Positions 13,601-25,599 of a stretch of 64,000 bases of DNA are shown here, in pieces. The position numbers and the translations under genes were made by a program. A model generated the notes under the pieces. It was not told the origin of the DNA and made no database searches. It saw only the letters and a program-made list of their open reading frames with translations. The first letter of the stretch is position 1, and the number at the start of each line of letters is the position of its first letter. The DNA is from Amphiscolops sp. MND2022 (taxonomy: Eukaryota): assembly GCA_964187785.1 (NCBI GenBank), contig OZ076409.1, forward strand, positions 496,001 to 560,000, read 5' to 3'.

Positions 13601-16600
13601 TTCTCTCTTGAAATATCGATGAGTCTTTCTTCGCATGCAATTCGCGAGCAATTGTTTCTGGTGCTTTCACAGCTTTTCTATGCAATCTGATCACTCCAAT
13701 TGTACAATAAGTGGTTCAGCGTTCCATGCTCCACGCCCACTTAAAAATTTGCATGCCTCGTGGAGCTCTACAGTTTTGTCTCACCTGACATTGAGCTACT
13801 GGTTGGATGATTGATTCCAATGTCAAAATATATTGTCACGGCAACCAACCAGCGTACCTTGTAGTTCCAGAATTTCACATTGTTTTTTCTTCGGTCGGTA
13901 TGTTCATAATTGCGGGTTCGTTGTGAAGACAGCTCTTCATATGTCTTCCGTAAACGCCACTCGACGGAGAGATGTGCACGCAATTACAATTGTTCTCAAT
14001 GATTGTTTCTCTTTTTCACCGTACCAATGAAGTTTTTGAGAAGAGAGGTTATTAAAACATAGTGATGCGTGAAGTCATCCTCCAACAGCAACAAGTCAAC
14101 GTCGAGAAGATTGCGCTTTCTTGACACTCGAACAGTACAATTGACTTCTCATCGAACCTGACAACATTAAAGGAAACGCTGGCGTATTTGCGTTAAACGT
14201 CAAACAAACGTTGGTAAAATTTTTGATCTAGTTTTTTTCGCATTTAAATGAAAATTACTCACTGAAAATTGATTCTGCATCTGTTGATTTCTTCGCTACG
14301 TGGAATTTGTCTAAGACCCATGAGTGTTCTGGGATTTCGAGTCGTGGGTGTTGTCCGGGTGGAGTCAGTGCTGGTCGATACTTTCGATGCCACGCTGCAG
14401 TGGAACAGTATAGAAAGCAATCGTGGTCTTCACGGTTGCGTATATTCAATAATGAAGTGCTGCCTTACAACTGGTTGGGTAGCGCGATATATGGCGAACT
14501 CGTCACAGGGGCAAAGAGTGCCAGTCCAATATTAAGTTGAACAATTTTAACAACTATCCAACCGCTTTCCGAAGGTGTTAAGAAGGCCATCATTTTTTCC
14601 ACCATTTCCAAGTACTCTTCGTCTTCCAAACCCTCCTTGTAGACTGGTTGCATGTTGGAGCGCAGAAAGATAGTTAACCTTCTTCTTCTTCTGACAGTGG
14701 CTTCTCTAATTCGATTATTGCACAAAACTGTACCTTTTGCGAATAGCGAACAAGTGTTTAGAAGAACAATGCTGTGAACTTCTGCCTTTTTTTCCATGAA
14801 TTCAAATAAGTCCTCTTCGTTGCCCAGATTAGGGTACTTTCAGCGATCCCTTCATTGCTGTACTGGTTGGAGTTTTGTTGTTCTCCGACTTCACCTCTTT
14901 TATGAGGCTAGGTATATCACGCACTTATTCCTGGTGATTATAGAGAGACTCTGTGTCCTCAAATGCTGTTGGATAAGCTTAAAGAAATGCTATGGATAGG
15001 TTCATTATGCACGTTTTTGAAAAGCAAAGACATTCGGAGAATGAATTTTGTTTTGGAAGGACACGAAGAGCATTGTTAAAGGACACAAACAGCATATATG
15101 GCCGACGTAATTGTGAATTTCTCACGTATGGCAGTTCAAATTTTGATGCCAAGGAAAATTTTTTTATCACATTGAGGGCAATAACTCTGTCTTTTCGAAG
15201 TACTTTGATAAATATGAGATCGAAGGTGGCTATTCAAACCCACTCGATAGACAGAAGTAATGATCAAATTTATGGCTTAGTCCAGTTTTCTAAAACATAA
15301 AAAAATTTCTGAAAATTGAAAAAAAAACACCTTTGGTTGACTTAACCGCTTCCTTTTCGTTTGAAGTGTTTCTTTGTTGCGGTACCATCTTTGCCAAGAC
15401 TAGTCTTGAGAACTTTAGCATTTTTGAGCGTTTCAAAATCAACAATGAAAAGAACACTTGATATCAACAAATCATTGTCAAGATGACATCATTTGCGACA
15501 GTTTCTGGAATAGTTCAAAATCCGACTTTTCTCTTCGCTTCCGACTTATTCGATTTTAACTTCATGAATTACTACGAAGAACCCATCTACGAGGAACCAC
15601 GCACCAGAGTAGCACTTGACCCTGGAGTAATCCCCATCCGTTCGTGTTTGCGATCAGAGGACGAACTCCAGTCATGACACGGAAGTACCCGTGCAGAAGT
15701 AGGCTTTTTTTATAATTTCACAATAAACAACTACGACATTGCTGAGGAAACCTACGTCGACATGTCTGGCTCCAAACACTTGCCACACCATCAACGAACA
15801 GACTTACACGGCAAATTTCGCTACCAGGGGTCTTCAGTAGTGGCGTCAACATTTACGACACTTCGACGCCTCACAATTATTGAAGTCGCTTCGAGGAGAC
15901 GTATTTCTGGCGCGAAATTAGTGCGAAAAGAAGCTTCTGTCGACGGTGACAAAACTCAGACTTTCGTCGTCTTTGATTCTCTTCCCGACTGCAGGGAAGC
16001 AAACATTCGTTTTGCTTGTGGACCGTCTTGACAAAATTGTAGCATATTTGATATAATTCCCAATGTCTCAGTTTTCATTTACCTCAATTAATTTGTGAAT
16101 GTCATTCCATATATTTCTAAGTTCAATTTCAGTTTTGTCAAACGCCTGACGGTCAATATTGATAATTTCTCTTCCTCCTAATTGAATGTCTAGTCTTTAT
16201 TTTTCTGTAAAAATTTGAAAAACTCAAACAATTAATTGAGACTTCCACAATCGTAGATCATACATTGTTAAGTATCATACAATAAAACGATGTATAAAAC
16301 AGAAAAGCTTTTCATTTGAGTATGGTATACTGGGAAAATAACTAAAAATGAAGAGAGCAATATGAATTCAGAAGAGTCCCCATACGTTTGATGTTAGTTT
16401 CTGCAAGGGTTTCTTGACACTCCAAAGTTCTCTCACTCCAAAGTCTGCGAATCATAGCCGGTCACAAATCATAGCCACCTGCCAATTTGTACTTGAGATG
16501 TACGCATCTGTTCATTAGACGCCACAATTCTACCTCGTCAATTATTTTTCAGTCTCAATTCCAGTTTTATTAGGGCGGTGTTTTTTTTACTTTTTTACGA

Positions 16601-19600
16601 ATTGATGTAGATAATCAGAAACGGTTATTTTCCGCACATGTAAATTGGCTTGTGCAATTTCAACTTTAAAAACGACGTCTTTGGCATCATCGTCAAAAAG
16701 AACGCAAAACTCTGGCCTGTTCGGAGGAAAGTTAAACGAAGGGTAACTCCGCCAAGCAAATGCTTGCCACACGTGAAGAAGTCAGCGGCAATTTTTCCGA
16801 TCAAGGTAATTGTCTTTAAAGATCGCGTCTCTTGATCCCTGCTAGTGAAGGCAGGGCTAGTGAAATCTGAACGATCTTTTTTTATAGTTATAACATTGAC
16901 GTTTCAACCAAATGTCCTAACTCTTTGTTGTCCGTTTCCAGGAGTGCTCTTGGTTCATAATATCCTTTTGCGGAGGAAATCCTCACCTCGTTCGCAATAA
17001 GATTGTGATCTGAAGAAAGAGAATGAAAGCATTTTTCACAAATACTGGTGAATCAGTGTTCGCAGCTCTCGCCGCATCAAACCGCAAAGCATTTCCGTTC
17101 CCGCTCTTGATGGTATACTCAACTTCCAGATGATTATTTTACAAGTCAATAAAATTTGGTTCGATCACTAGTCACGACCAATTGCAAAGTTGGTCCGTTG
17201 GGGCATAGAGAGGTCCAATTCGTCAAATCAAAAGTCAAAGCAACCCTTCAGTGTTAAAAAATGAGACTCTGCCCGTGACTGATAACAATTCAATTTGAAC
17301 TTCTGGTATCGTTGTAGTAATCAACTTTTGAACTGCAGTTCCGTGAAGATCTTGAGGTCTGTAACTGATTAGGTTTTGAGATAGTCTCCAACCACTGGTC
17401 TTGAAATTTCGATAATGCAACGAGTTATTCGAGTTAATCATGATGTTCAAGTTTACAAAAAACATGGACGTAGCAGCTGTTAGATCAGGTGGATGTTTTT
17501 GACTGGCTGTTGCATTGTAGCCACTTTTATGTTGATTCCAATGGAGAACCCTTTTCGGTTGGGATTTATTCTATTCCCAAGAACTCAAACACGCTCCGAT
17601 GTCTGACACTTATAACATATCCATCAGCAAAGTTGAGTTCAACGCCATCTTTCTCGAATAACGTAAATGTTAAAGGTTTTCAGTTACAAGAGTTTCAGTT
17701 CGATTTTCTAGTTTCTCGAGAATACTCTCCAGCTTCAAAGTCGGCATTGTCGTACCAATCCTCCTGTCTCACTACGACGCTTGCACCATCCCTCTTAATT
17801 GTCACTGGCGTGTTGTCATATGGGGTTCTAGGAAAGTAAATAATGAAGCCAGTTGTCGTAATGTTTTTTACACTGGCTGGGTGAATAATTTTGGTCAACG
17901 CTACTCTTCAATCACCTTCCAAGGTGATTGGATGAGCCAGCAAGTTTCTCAAGACACACATTGTGTTATCCTTGTAAATGTTCATCGAGCATGTTGACTC
18001 GAGATAACTACCAAACGCGCCAATTTGTCTAGGTCAATTCTGGTTCGTAAAACTTGCCTTGAATAATTTCACCGTTACCGTCAGTCAGGTTGTGCGTGGG
18101 TGGATTAAATGTTGCAATTCTTGTGATGATAAATATCTCATGTGAAATTTTGATAGTACTTTTTCGAATGGTAAATACTCCTTGGCTATCCCAACTGGTC
18201 TGGAACTTGAAATTGCGGTTTTCTGACACAATTCACTGAATTTTCTGCTGCAAGAGATCGTAAATGAGCGCTACCTTTGTGACTCGATTATTATGCGAGT
18301 TGGTGGTGTCAAGCAATTGACTCAAATTGATTATGCAATGAATGGTAAGCCCATTAGTGTTCCAAAAAATGATAGATGTTTTTGAGCGACCTAATGTTCC
18401 TCTCTGCATAACCTGACCTGGTTTCACTTTGAGTTGAGTACGTTTCAATTCCTTCTCGATCGCAAAGATTCTTGAAGGCTCCTCTGAAATCTCCCTCGTT
18501 CGTCCAAACTTTCTGCTACTTTTGCTTTTGAATCAATTTTCTGAAGGTACGAGCAATTTCTTCAGCGCCCTTTGACCTCAAAGGTGAAACTCGTAGATAT
18601 CGGACAAAACAACCACCATCCACCACTAGAAGAAAATATTACAACCAATTGTTGTAATTCGCCAGCTTGTCAACATACCCAACATCGATTGACAATAATT
18701 CGTTAGTGTCGTAAGCAATTAACTTTAAGGCGAGGAAAGTTTCTCGGTACTTGTCTATACTTCGTGTGGACATTCTTTATTTGCAAAAAGTTCTTTCTTC
18801 CGCGAGTTTTGTTGGTTTTTGTAGCTTCCATACGCAACACCCTTTGTGTAAATTTGTTCAAACACTCAAATCATTCTGAGAGACTTTCCCAGCCATTCTG
18901 ACAGACTTCCTCAATTTCTTTTTTCAGAACCTTTGCTAGGTTACTGCTCCAGTCGGTTCACTTTGTTCTGTTCATTTTTTCGAAACTGGTTTAGGGACGT
19001 TCGGTTTCGAAACAGTCCTAGGTCGTTTTAGCTTTACAATCTGCTTTACTTCAGAATTCTCAATTGCGGTGATATGTCCAGGCTATATAGTATTCTTTTA
19101 TAGTCAGGGTCTTTTCGAAACATTATGGTCCAGCTTTGTTGAAAATCAAATAGGAAGGTGTTTTCATCCGCTAAGGTTGTTCGGTCATCAAATTCAACTT
19201 TACGATCATCGTCGATGGAAATTTTGTCGCTGCTGGTAATTTTGTCCAATACTGACTCTTCCTGTTTTGAGGGTTTAAGCATAGATAATGAGCTTTTATT
19301 ATCTTCTGGATTTGTTTGTCTTTTATACATTCTCTGGTTTCTTTCTCTTCAAAAAGTTTTCAGGTTCACATTGGAGGATTGTCAGAAGTTTCGCCTTTTC
19401 AACATCTGAGTTCTTGCAAGTCATCCATTGCTCTAGGTTGTTTCTTGATGTAATTATCTTTGGCAGTAAATAACAAGTAACAGAATTCACCAATCTGCTG
19501 CAATATTTTGTTTCCCTTTGCTGTAGAAACAGCTTGTCGTCGCTCCAGTCGGCTTATTGGATGATTGGAAGCAAAAGTATCAATTCCTTGTAGAACGGTA

Positions 19601-22600
19601 GCTGGAAATTGAATGTTTCCAATATTGATGTTAACAGCGCGCTCGCACAGAAACTTGATTGTCGCATCACTGCAGCTATGCAAATCTTTTCGCAATTGAT
19701 TGCTTTTCTTGTTTTTCTGCCAATGCTTCAGTATATGTTTCTCCCGTTCATTCGTACGAGGCGTTTCTTTAGCTAATGACGGTGGAATGGAAAAGTCAGT
19801 TGGCCCGGTTCCACAATGTTGGAGCAATAAAGCAAAGCGTCACTTGTTCGTGGGTCAAAATCAATCATCAAATGACCATAATGTTCATTTCTGACAATTT
19901 TACTGCATTTGCTGAACATCCCGTGGTGATTTAAAGAGAATCATAAGGGTCGTGTTGAGATCAATGTGCGTGACCACTCGCTCTGGTGAAACAAATTATG
20001 TTTGACAAATATGCAATTCACCTTTTCATGTCGGCCAGAGACTGCACGTTTCACAAAACCCTTCTCATTGTAGATCTCTTCACAGGAGTTATCCAAAACC
20101 AACAAACAATTTTCAAGCGATTTAATTATTTCAAACTCTAAGCATGGTTGGAATTCTATCTTCGATCTTGTCTTGCATTTCATTGAAAAGTGCTGGTACT
20201 CTTTGTAAAAATATTAAATTTTCCGAAACTTGGTTTGAATTTTGTTGGCGATGCAAGCATTTCGGAAATCAGTCGAGTTTTACTAGAACCGCTTGGTCCT
20301 ACCACTGAAGAGTCGGTCGTTTGTGAAAATGACTTTCAAAATGTTGGGTTTGGTAGTATGTAACCAACTACTGCGTATAACAGGCTCACCCAAAATGACA
20401 TGCCTCCACAGGAGGGTTTCTCAGGTGCAATTTTCAAGAGACGTGTGACTTCTATTATGAAGATTGAAGCTGCCTGGGTGAAAAATGCAACTTCAAATCG
20501 TGGTAAAGTAACTAAATTAAAATGCTCCACAAGGAACTTTCGCTCGCGCTGTTTCCAATGGTGTGTTCTACTGCTATGCAATCAGCTATATCAACCGCTT
20601 GCTCGTTCATTTCGATAAAAAATGATTTTGATTGCAAAAAATTTCTCACATACATTCAAATCATGCATCACAAGTATGAAAAAATATTTCTACTGAAACC
20701 ATCAGGACTTTTTTATTCGAAAATCACAAGATTTGCCTTTCGCATGAGATTGGAACATTGCAATTTGTGTTTTTCCAGATGTACATTGAAGGTCATCTGG
20801 AATTTGTTTGGGTAGTCGCATATCATTTGGCCCGGACATGATGATGGCTTTCCTGTCATTGGGCAGTCGAGTAGGTTGATTTTTTCTTCCATCAAGTTTC
20901 GCGATCGATGGTTTGTGATGATTGCTAATAAAAGTTGCAGTAACATTGAATACGGTGTCAGTTGACCGAATGGCAGCATTTAAGCAATGTATTTTTCCAA
21001 AGTCAGGTGAATTATAGCTTTTTAAAGAACGTTATGAACTGCAATCTGAGCTATTTCTTCACAAGGCTCATTGCAACGTGATGTATGTAAATTGGCATTA
21101 TCTCCCGCTGCCATTGGATTACGAATTCGGTTACCCTTGGACAACCAACCTATTCCACGTCCACAGTGTTGAATGAATGACTGCGTAAGTAGTTGCACTT
21201 GGCTTCGCGTAGAACACTGCGTTTGGGAAACGAATTGCTAAACTGCTATAAAATTGATAAACAAATGAGTATTCGTGAGTTCGAGTTCCAGTATAGACCA
21301 TGCAATTGTTTGCTACACTAAAGGTATGTACGCCTTCTCTCGGCGGGTACTTGACACTGGCTTCAGTGATAATGTTTTTTGATATGAGGGACCATTGACT
21401 GAAATTTTTCTCAAGTAGGGCTCGTTTTTGTGCTTGAAACTTTCAAAGTCTATGACAACGTAACCCAACTTCAACATTTTAGGCTATGGAAACCCGTTTT
21501 GAGATATTTTATCTGCAAAAGAAAAAGTGTAATGGTTCCGACTGAAGCCGACAGAGGAATGAAATCGATCAGTTGTTTTCAAAAGACAAGCTAATCGATA
21601 AACGTTGCTCGTCTTGAAAATCCAGCAGTTGTGATTCTCAATGCCTTTTGGTAAAGCTTTAGGAATGTATTGATATCAACCTATAGGCGATTTTTGTGGA
21701 TGTCATGAAGGATGAAAATTAGTAATCCAATGTTGAAAGGTTGCTGTAACGAAAAACTCCTTTCAGCATTCCAGCAACAAAAATTAATCATAGTATTGAA
21801 TTCTGTATATGAACCGCAATGCTTCTTGACACGTTGCTCTCAGTGAACCAATGGTTCTGTACTGACGATTCCGGTCACAATCTAAACCCTTCACAATGAA
21901 ACCGTGATGAACAGCCAACTGCTGCTTTTTTATGATTCTCACTAGTGGCTAAATTTCTTTTTATACAGCCAGTTTTTTTATATACGGCCAGTTTTTATAT
22001 ATACGAAGTTTTTATACAGCCAGTTGTTTCGGAGTAGTTGTATTTTGTCTTCCAACAGTTCGAATAATCCTCGTTTTTGTATTTGTCTGCAAAGTCCGAT
22101 CACATAATGGCGGAATCGAACGCTACGATCTCTAGTGTATGCTTTTCAACAAGCTAATGCTTTCGATTTCAAATATCTGATATCATCGATTGAACAATTT
22201 ATTTGAATTCTATTGCCATGCATAGCGTCGACCGTTCCTGGTGATGTAATTGACCAAATGAATGTAATGGTACAACGGGTATTTTTCACAACGTTTACCG
22301 CCGTAAGGGTCAGGACATTGGCAAGCTTTTACTCCTACGTCTTCAACGATGAAACACTTTCCTTCATTCTGACAGTATACTTCTGAGTCATTTGCGCACT
22401 TGGTTCCGTTGTGAGTCCTACTGTAGGTGATGAAAAGTATTCAACTGTGAGGTAAACGTGTGTGATAATGATCTGTTTGTTTAATCCCTGCAATATTGCA
22501 CCAGTGTAAATTAAAGTCAAGGCAACTAGAATTAAAGTTCCAAAAACAATAAAAAAAATCCGGCAAGCAACTGCAATCGATTCATTTTCTGGTGATAATG

Positions 22601-25599
22601 ACATTGATGATTTTGTCGGATGCGAGGTTTCGAGTATAAATTTGACGTTTTAGGGTTCTTCGATTCTATCCAATAAAATAACACTTCGAATGATTTCAAC
22701 TTCCACTGGCCAATGATTGCTAATAAAAGTTGCAGTAACATTGAATACGGTGTCAGTTGACCGAATGGCAGCATTTAAGCAATGTATTTTTCCAAAGTCA
22801 GGTGAATTATAGCTTTTTAAAGAACGTTATGAACTGCAATCTGAGCTATTTCTTCACAAGGCTCATTGCAACGTGATGTATGTAAATTGGCATTATCTCC
22901 CGCTGCCATTGGATTACGAATTCGGTTACCCTTGGACAACCAACCTATTCCACGTCCACAGTGTTGAATGAATGACTGCGTAAGTAGTTGCACTTGGCTT
23001 CGCGTAGAACACTGCGTTTGGGAAACGAATTGCTAAACTGCTATAAAATTGATAAACAAATGAGTATTCGTGAGTTCGAGTTCCAGTATAGACCATGCAA
23101 TTGTTTGCTACACTAAAGGTATGTACGCCTTCTCTCGGCGGGTACTTGACACTGGCTTCAGTGATAATGTTTTTTGATATGAGGGACCATTGACTGAAAT
23201 TTTTCTCAAGTAGGGCTCGTTTTTGTGCTTGAAACTTTCAAAGTCTATGACAACGTAACCCAACTTCAACATTTTAGGCTATGGAAACCCGTTTTGAGAT
23301 ATTTTATCTGCAAAAGAAAAAGTGTAATGGTTCCGACTGAAGCCGACAGAGGAATGAAATCGATCAGTTGTTTTCAAAAGACAAGCTAATCGATAAACGT
23401 TGCTCGTCTTGAAAATCCAGCAGTTGTGATTCTCAATGCCTTTTGGTAAAGCTTTAGGAATGTATTGATATCAACCTATAGGCGATTTTTGTGGATGTCA
23501 TGAAGGATGAAAATTAGTAATCCAATGTTGAAAGGTTGCTGTAACGAAAAACTCCTTTCAGCATTCCAGCAACAAAAATTAATCATAGTATTGAATTCTG
23601 TATATGAACCGCAATGCTTCTTGACACGTTGCTCTCAGTGAACCAATGGTTCTGTACTGACGATTCCGGTCACAATCTAAACCCTTCACAATGAAACCGT
23701 GATGAACAGCCAACTGCTGCTTTTTTATGATTCTCACTAGTGGCTAAATTTCTTTTTATACAGCCAGTTTTTATATATACGGCCAGTTTTTATATATACG
23801 AAGTTTTTATACAGCCAGTTGTTTCGGAGTAGTTGTATTTTGTCTTCCAACAGTTCGAATAATCCTCGTTTTTGTATTTGTCTGCAAAGTCCGATCACAT
23901 AATGGCGGAATCGAACGCTAGGATCTCTAGTGTATGCTTTTCAACAAGCTAATGCTTTCGATTTCAAATATCTGATATCATCGATTGAACAATTTATTTG
24001 AATTCTATTGCCATGCATAGCGTCGACCGTTCCTGGTGATGTAATTGACCAAATGAATGTAATGGTACAACGGGTATTTTTCACAACGTTTACCGCCGTA
24101 AGGGTCAGGACATTGGCAAGCTTTTACTCCTACGTCTTCAACGATGAAACACTTTCCTTCATTCTGACAGTATACTTCTGAGTCATTTGCGCACTTGGTT
24201 CCGTTGTGAGTCCTACTGTAGGTGATGAAAAGTATTCAACTGTGAGGTAAACGTGTGTGATAATGATCTGTTTGTTTAATCCCTGCAATATTGCACCAGT
24301 GTAAATTAAAGTCAAGGCAACTAGAATTAAAGTTCCAAAAACAATAAAAAAATCCGGCAAGCAACTGCAATCGATTCATTTTCTGGTGATAATGACATTG
24401 ATGATTTTGTCGGATGCGAGGTTTCGAGTATAAATTTGACGTTTTAGGGTTCTTCGATTCTATCCAATAAAATAACACTTCGAATGATTTCAACTTCCAC
24501 TGGCGCAGTTGGTAAGCCGCCTGACTACGGTCCTATTAGATAGAGTTCGAATTTCCCGCCGTATCGAAAGGTTTTCAATAGGATCCGGTCCAAGAAGAGG
24601 ACTTCTAAGATGGCTATGACCCGGACCCGGCAATATTATGATGCATATACAACCCCACTACTTTGAAGTTTTAGATTTTTATCTAGTTTACGAATATGTT
24701 TCTTTGAACATGACGCGATGAGAATGGTAAAAGTTACGATAGTCCGATTTCAGTCAAATTTAAGTCAAAATAGAGGTCTTCTCATTTTTGATCTACTTTC
24801 ACTCAATTTTTGAAAAATTTCACGTCCAATGGACCCCCTAATTTTACTAAAGCCCCTGATATGCTTTCATTTACAAATCACTCTAAAATAGTAGCATAAA
24901 CAACCCCTAAAATTAGGCTTTTTCGAAAACACATGTATTAAGATATGATTTCGAAGTTTAACAACTCGAAGCAAAGATCATACTAATACAATTTATAATA
25001 TTTTCAAGAAAAAATCATATTGTCAGATTCGAAATGCTCGGGAGAATTTTCCGGTCAAAATCATTCCGAAATGGAACAAGCCGAGAACGGCAAAAGTCGG
25101 CGCCCCGCTTAAGGCTCAAAAATAGCAAAAGGACTTCAAAGCGTTAAGTATTCTCTTCCATATTACCCGAGAATTCGAAAGGGGGAGTGCTAAAAGGGGA
25201 TCCTTTGGTGATTTTTCAACATCCATTCTGTTGCAAAATATCACAAAATTAAAGTGGGACTTTTTGGAGACATTAAAAAGTGTTTGGAAAAAGACTCAGA
25301 GTGCTGCTACTCAAAATGCGGCCGTAGTACATGTATTACTGACCGTGCTGCTGTTGTTGTTGTTGTTGCCTGTGTTGCAGCAGCAGCAGCGAGAAGGAGG
25401 ACCTGGAGAAGGACTGCACGAGGGAGTGGTCGTCGAGGGCGTCGAAGTTGTCCATGCCCACGTGCGACACGTGCACGAAGTTGGAGGGCCCGCTGATCAT
25501 GCTCGCGTCCAGGGCACTGTGGGGGCTGTGCGGCGGCTGCGTCTCCCTGCGCGGGGAGGAGACACAGCTGAGCAGCATCGTCCACACACTCAGCACCAT
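7618..25599 (-). CDS. CDC42 small effector (SPEC/CDC42SE)-like CRIB protein; exon 25599-25344, putative last exon 7718-7618
   Basis: MVLSVWTMLLSCVSS...LDASMISGPSNFVHVSHVG contains the CRIB motif (ISxPxNFxHxxHVG) and an N-terminal W..L.C stretch typical of CDC42SE. There is an acceptor ttccag just upstream of the ATG. Donor G|gtcagt at 25343 is phase-compatible with acceptor ttttcag|AC at 7718 (DCQLTPTSPEAVKLV...SKT*), and a minus-strand AATAAA lies at ~7468-7473. Without splicing the ORF stops at 25336. The CRIB exon is well supported; the distal exon link is inference. Confidence 0.7.
7952..8404. mobile_element. hAT-type MITE
   Basis: TIRs CAGTGTTGG...CCAACACTG; perfect 8-bp TSD TGTGCAAG (7944-7951 and 8405-8412); subterminal GATTTAAATC/AATCGGATT repeats. 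Confidence 0.88.
9640..10150 (+). pseudogene. RPS2: Highly divergent, intronless 40S ribosomal protein S2 (uS5)-like pseudogene
   Basis: Across three frameshifts it reads LARLIKAGKLQK/IKDVFYRKIPIRETDSIDILIGNTLESRVLKVMP/RYRVVVANGDRGGSIGLG...HTIPKVATGMYGTFEAVLQPAPHGTGI/TRVLLKLSGVHDSYT. This is colinear with eukaryotic RPS2 LGRLVK..PIKESEIID..VLKIMP..VAIGDYNGHVGLG..HTVPCKVTG..LIPAPRGTGI..GIDDCYT. Confidence 0.78.
12170..12440 (+). repeat. Interspersed repeat with a tRNA-derived (A box/B box) segment, inserted in pPolB
   Basis: GGCGAAGCGGTGCTTCGC hairpin end (near-identical copy at ~44060); TGGCACAGTGG and GGTTCGAATC boxes at ~12295-12350; interrupts the pPolB homology. Confidence 0.55.
12880..13340. 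mobile_element. HINE/DINE-1-like element inserted in pPolB
   Basis: Family end AGCCTCAGATATGGCACCGACCTATTCCGTTCCAGGTTTGT at ~13300-13340 and family core (AAAGGGTCCCC, TTTTCGGC repeats). Confidence 0.7.
16400..17240 (-). pseudogene. Major capsid protein (hexon-like double jelly-roll) remnant
   Basis: GPTLQLVVTSDR..FIDL.NNHLEV; PVFVKNAFHSLSSD (compare PVNNxLHSLFS); FKVEIAQANLHVRKITVSD (compare kI..A.L.VRKV.vsp); position next to the penton-like gene. Confidence 0.72.
17240..18010 (-). pseudogene. Minor capsid protein (penton-like) remnant
   Basis: N-terminal S..SMNIYKDNT...RNLLAHPITLEGD*RVALTKIIHP and FEAGEY motifs; C-terminal EVQIELLSVTGRVSFF. Lies between integrase and MCP, as in adintoviruses. 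Confidence 0.7.
18029..18897 (-). pseudogene. Polinton retroviral-like (rve) integrase remnant
   Basis: HTKYRQ..FPRLKV/AYDTNELLSIDVGYVDKLANYN..YFLLVVD..RYLRVSPLRSKGAEEI..KVWTNEGDFRG; C-terminal PPTHNLTDGNGEIIQGKFYEPEL. Confidence 0.88.
19440..19760 (-). pseudogene. Small conserved Polinton/adintovirus accessory protein
   Basis: CSDATIKFLCERAVNINIGNIQF...RRQAV resembles the recurrent LCECALNILxGNVP family found between ATPase and integrase; recognised from memory only. Confidence 0.55.
19850..20335 (-). pseudogene. A32-like (FtsK/HerA) DNA-packaging ATPase remnant
   Basis: Walker A VVGPSGSSKT (~20280-20305), Walker B LLVLDNS, then SGRHEKVNCIFVKHNLFHQSEWSRT (GRH...QN-type motif). Confidence 0.85.
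20918..24504. repeat. Near-identical 1.8-kb direct tandem duplication (20918-22710 / 22713-24504) inside the Polinton remnant
   Basis: ATGATTGCTAATAAAAGTTGCAG at 20918 and 22713; both copies end TTCCACTGGC (22710, 24504); only a few differences are visible. Confidence 0.95.
20990..21477 (-). pseudogene. Polinton-associated putative exonuclease-like accessory gene (second copy ~22785-23272)
   Basis: MLKLGYVVIDFESFKHKNEPYLRKIS...LHGLYWNS...EAKCNYL..DVE*VGCP resembles the VIDxEGF..HGLxW..GCP family seen in Polintons; contains stops and frameshifts. Confidence 0.5.

Larger units (their letters stand above)
10930..14870 (-). pseudogene. Protein-primed family B DNA polymerase (Polinton/adintovirus type, with endonuclease VII-like motif), frameshifted and interrupted by insertions
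   Basis: Motifs in order: SESGWIV..YIALPNQL and MNIRNREDHDCFLY (14.3-14.8 kb); KFWNYK..VTIYFDI (~13.85 kb); HYSGNSLGVAHKECNLKR (~13.5 kb); RFVDSFRF/SLEQLVSNLP (~12.75 kb); MIRGGVGSVF..NNKYL (~11.95 kb); DFYKLLNNRCYGKTLE (motif B, ~11.66 kb); WNKPTFVGVTILD; SDTDS (motif C, 11404-11418). Confidence 0.88.
10409..24662 (-). mobile_element. Decayed Polinton/Maverick (adintovirus-like) endogenous element
   Basis: Co-oriented pseudogenes for pPolB, hexon-like MCP, penton-like mCP, retroviral-type integrase and A32-like ATPase. Candidate ends are AGTAGT at 10409 and ACTACT at 24657-24662, but no matching TIR or 6-bp TSD is visible, so the boundaries are approximate. Confidence 0.85.
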
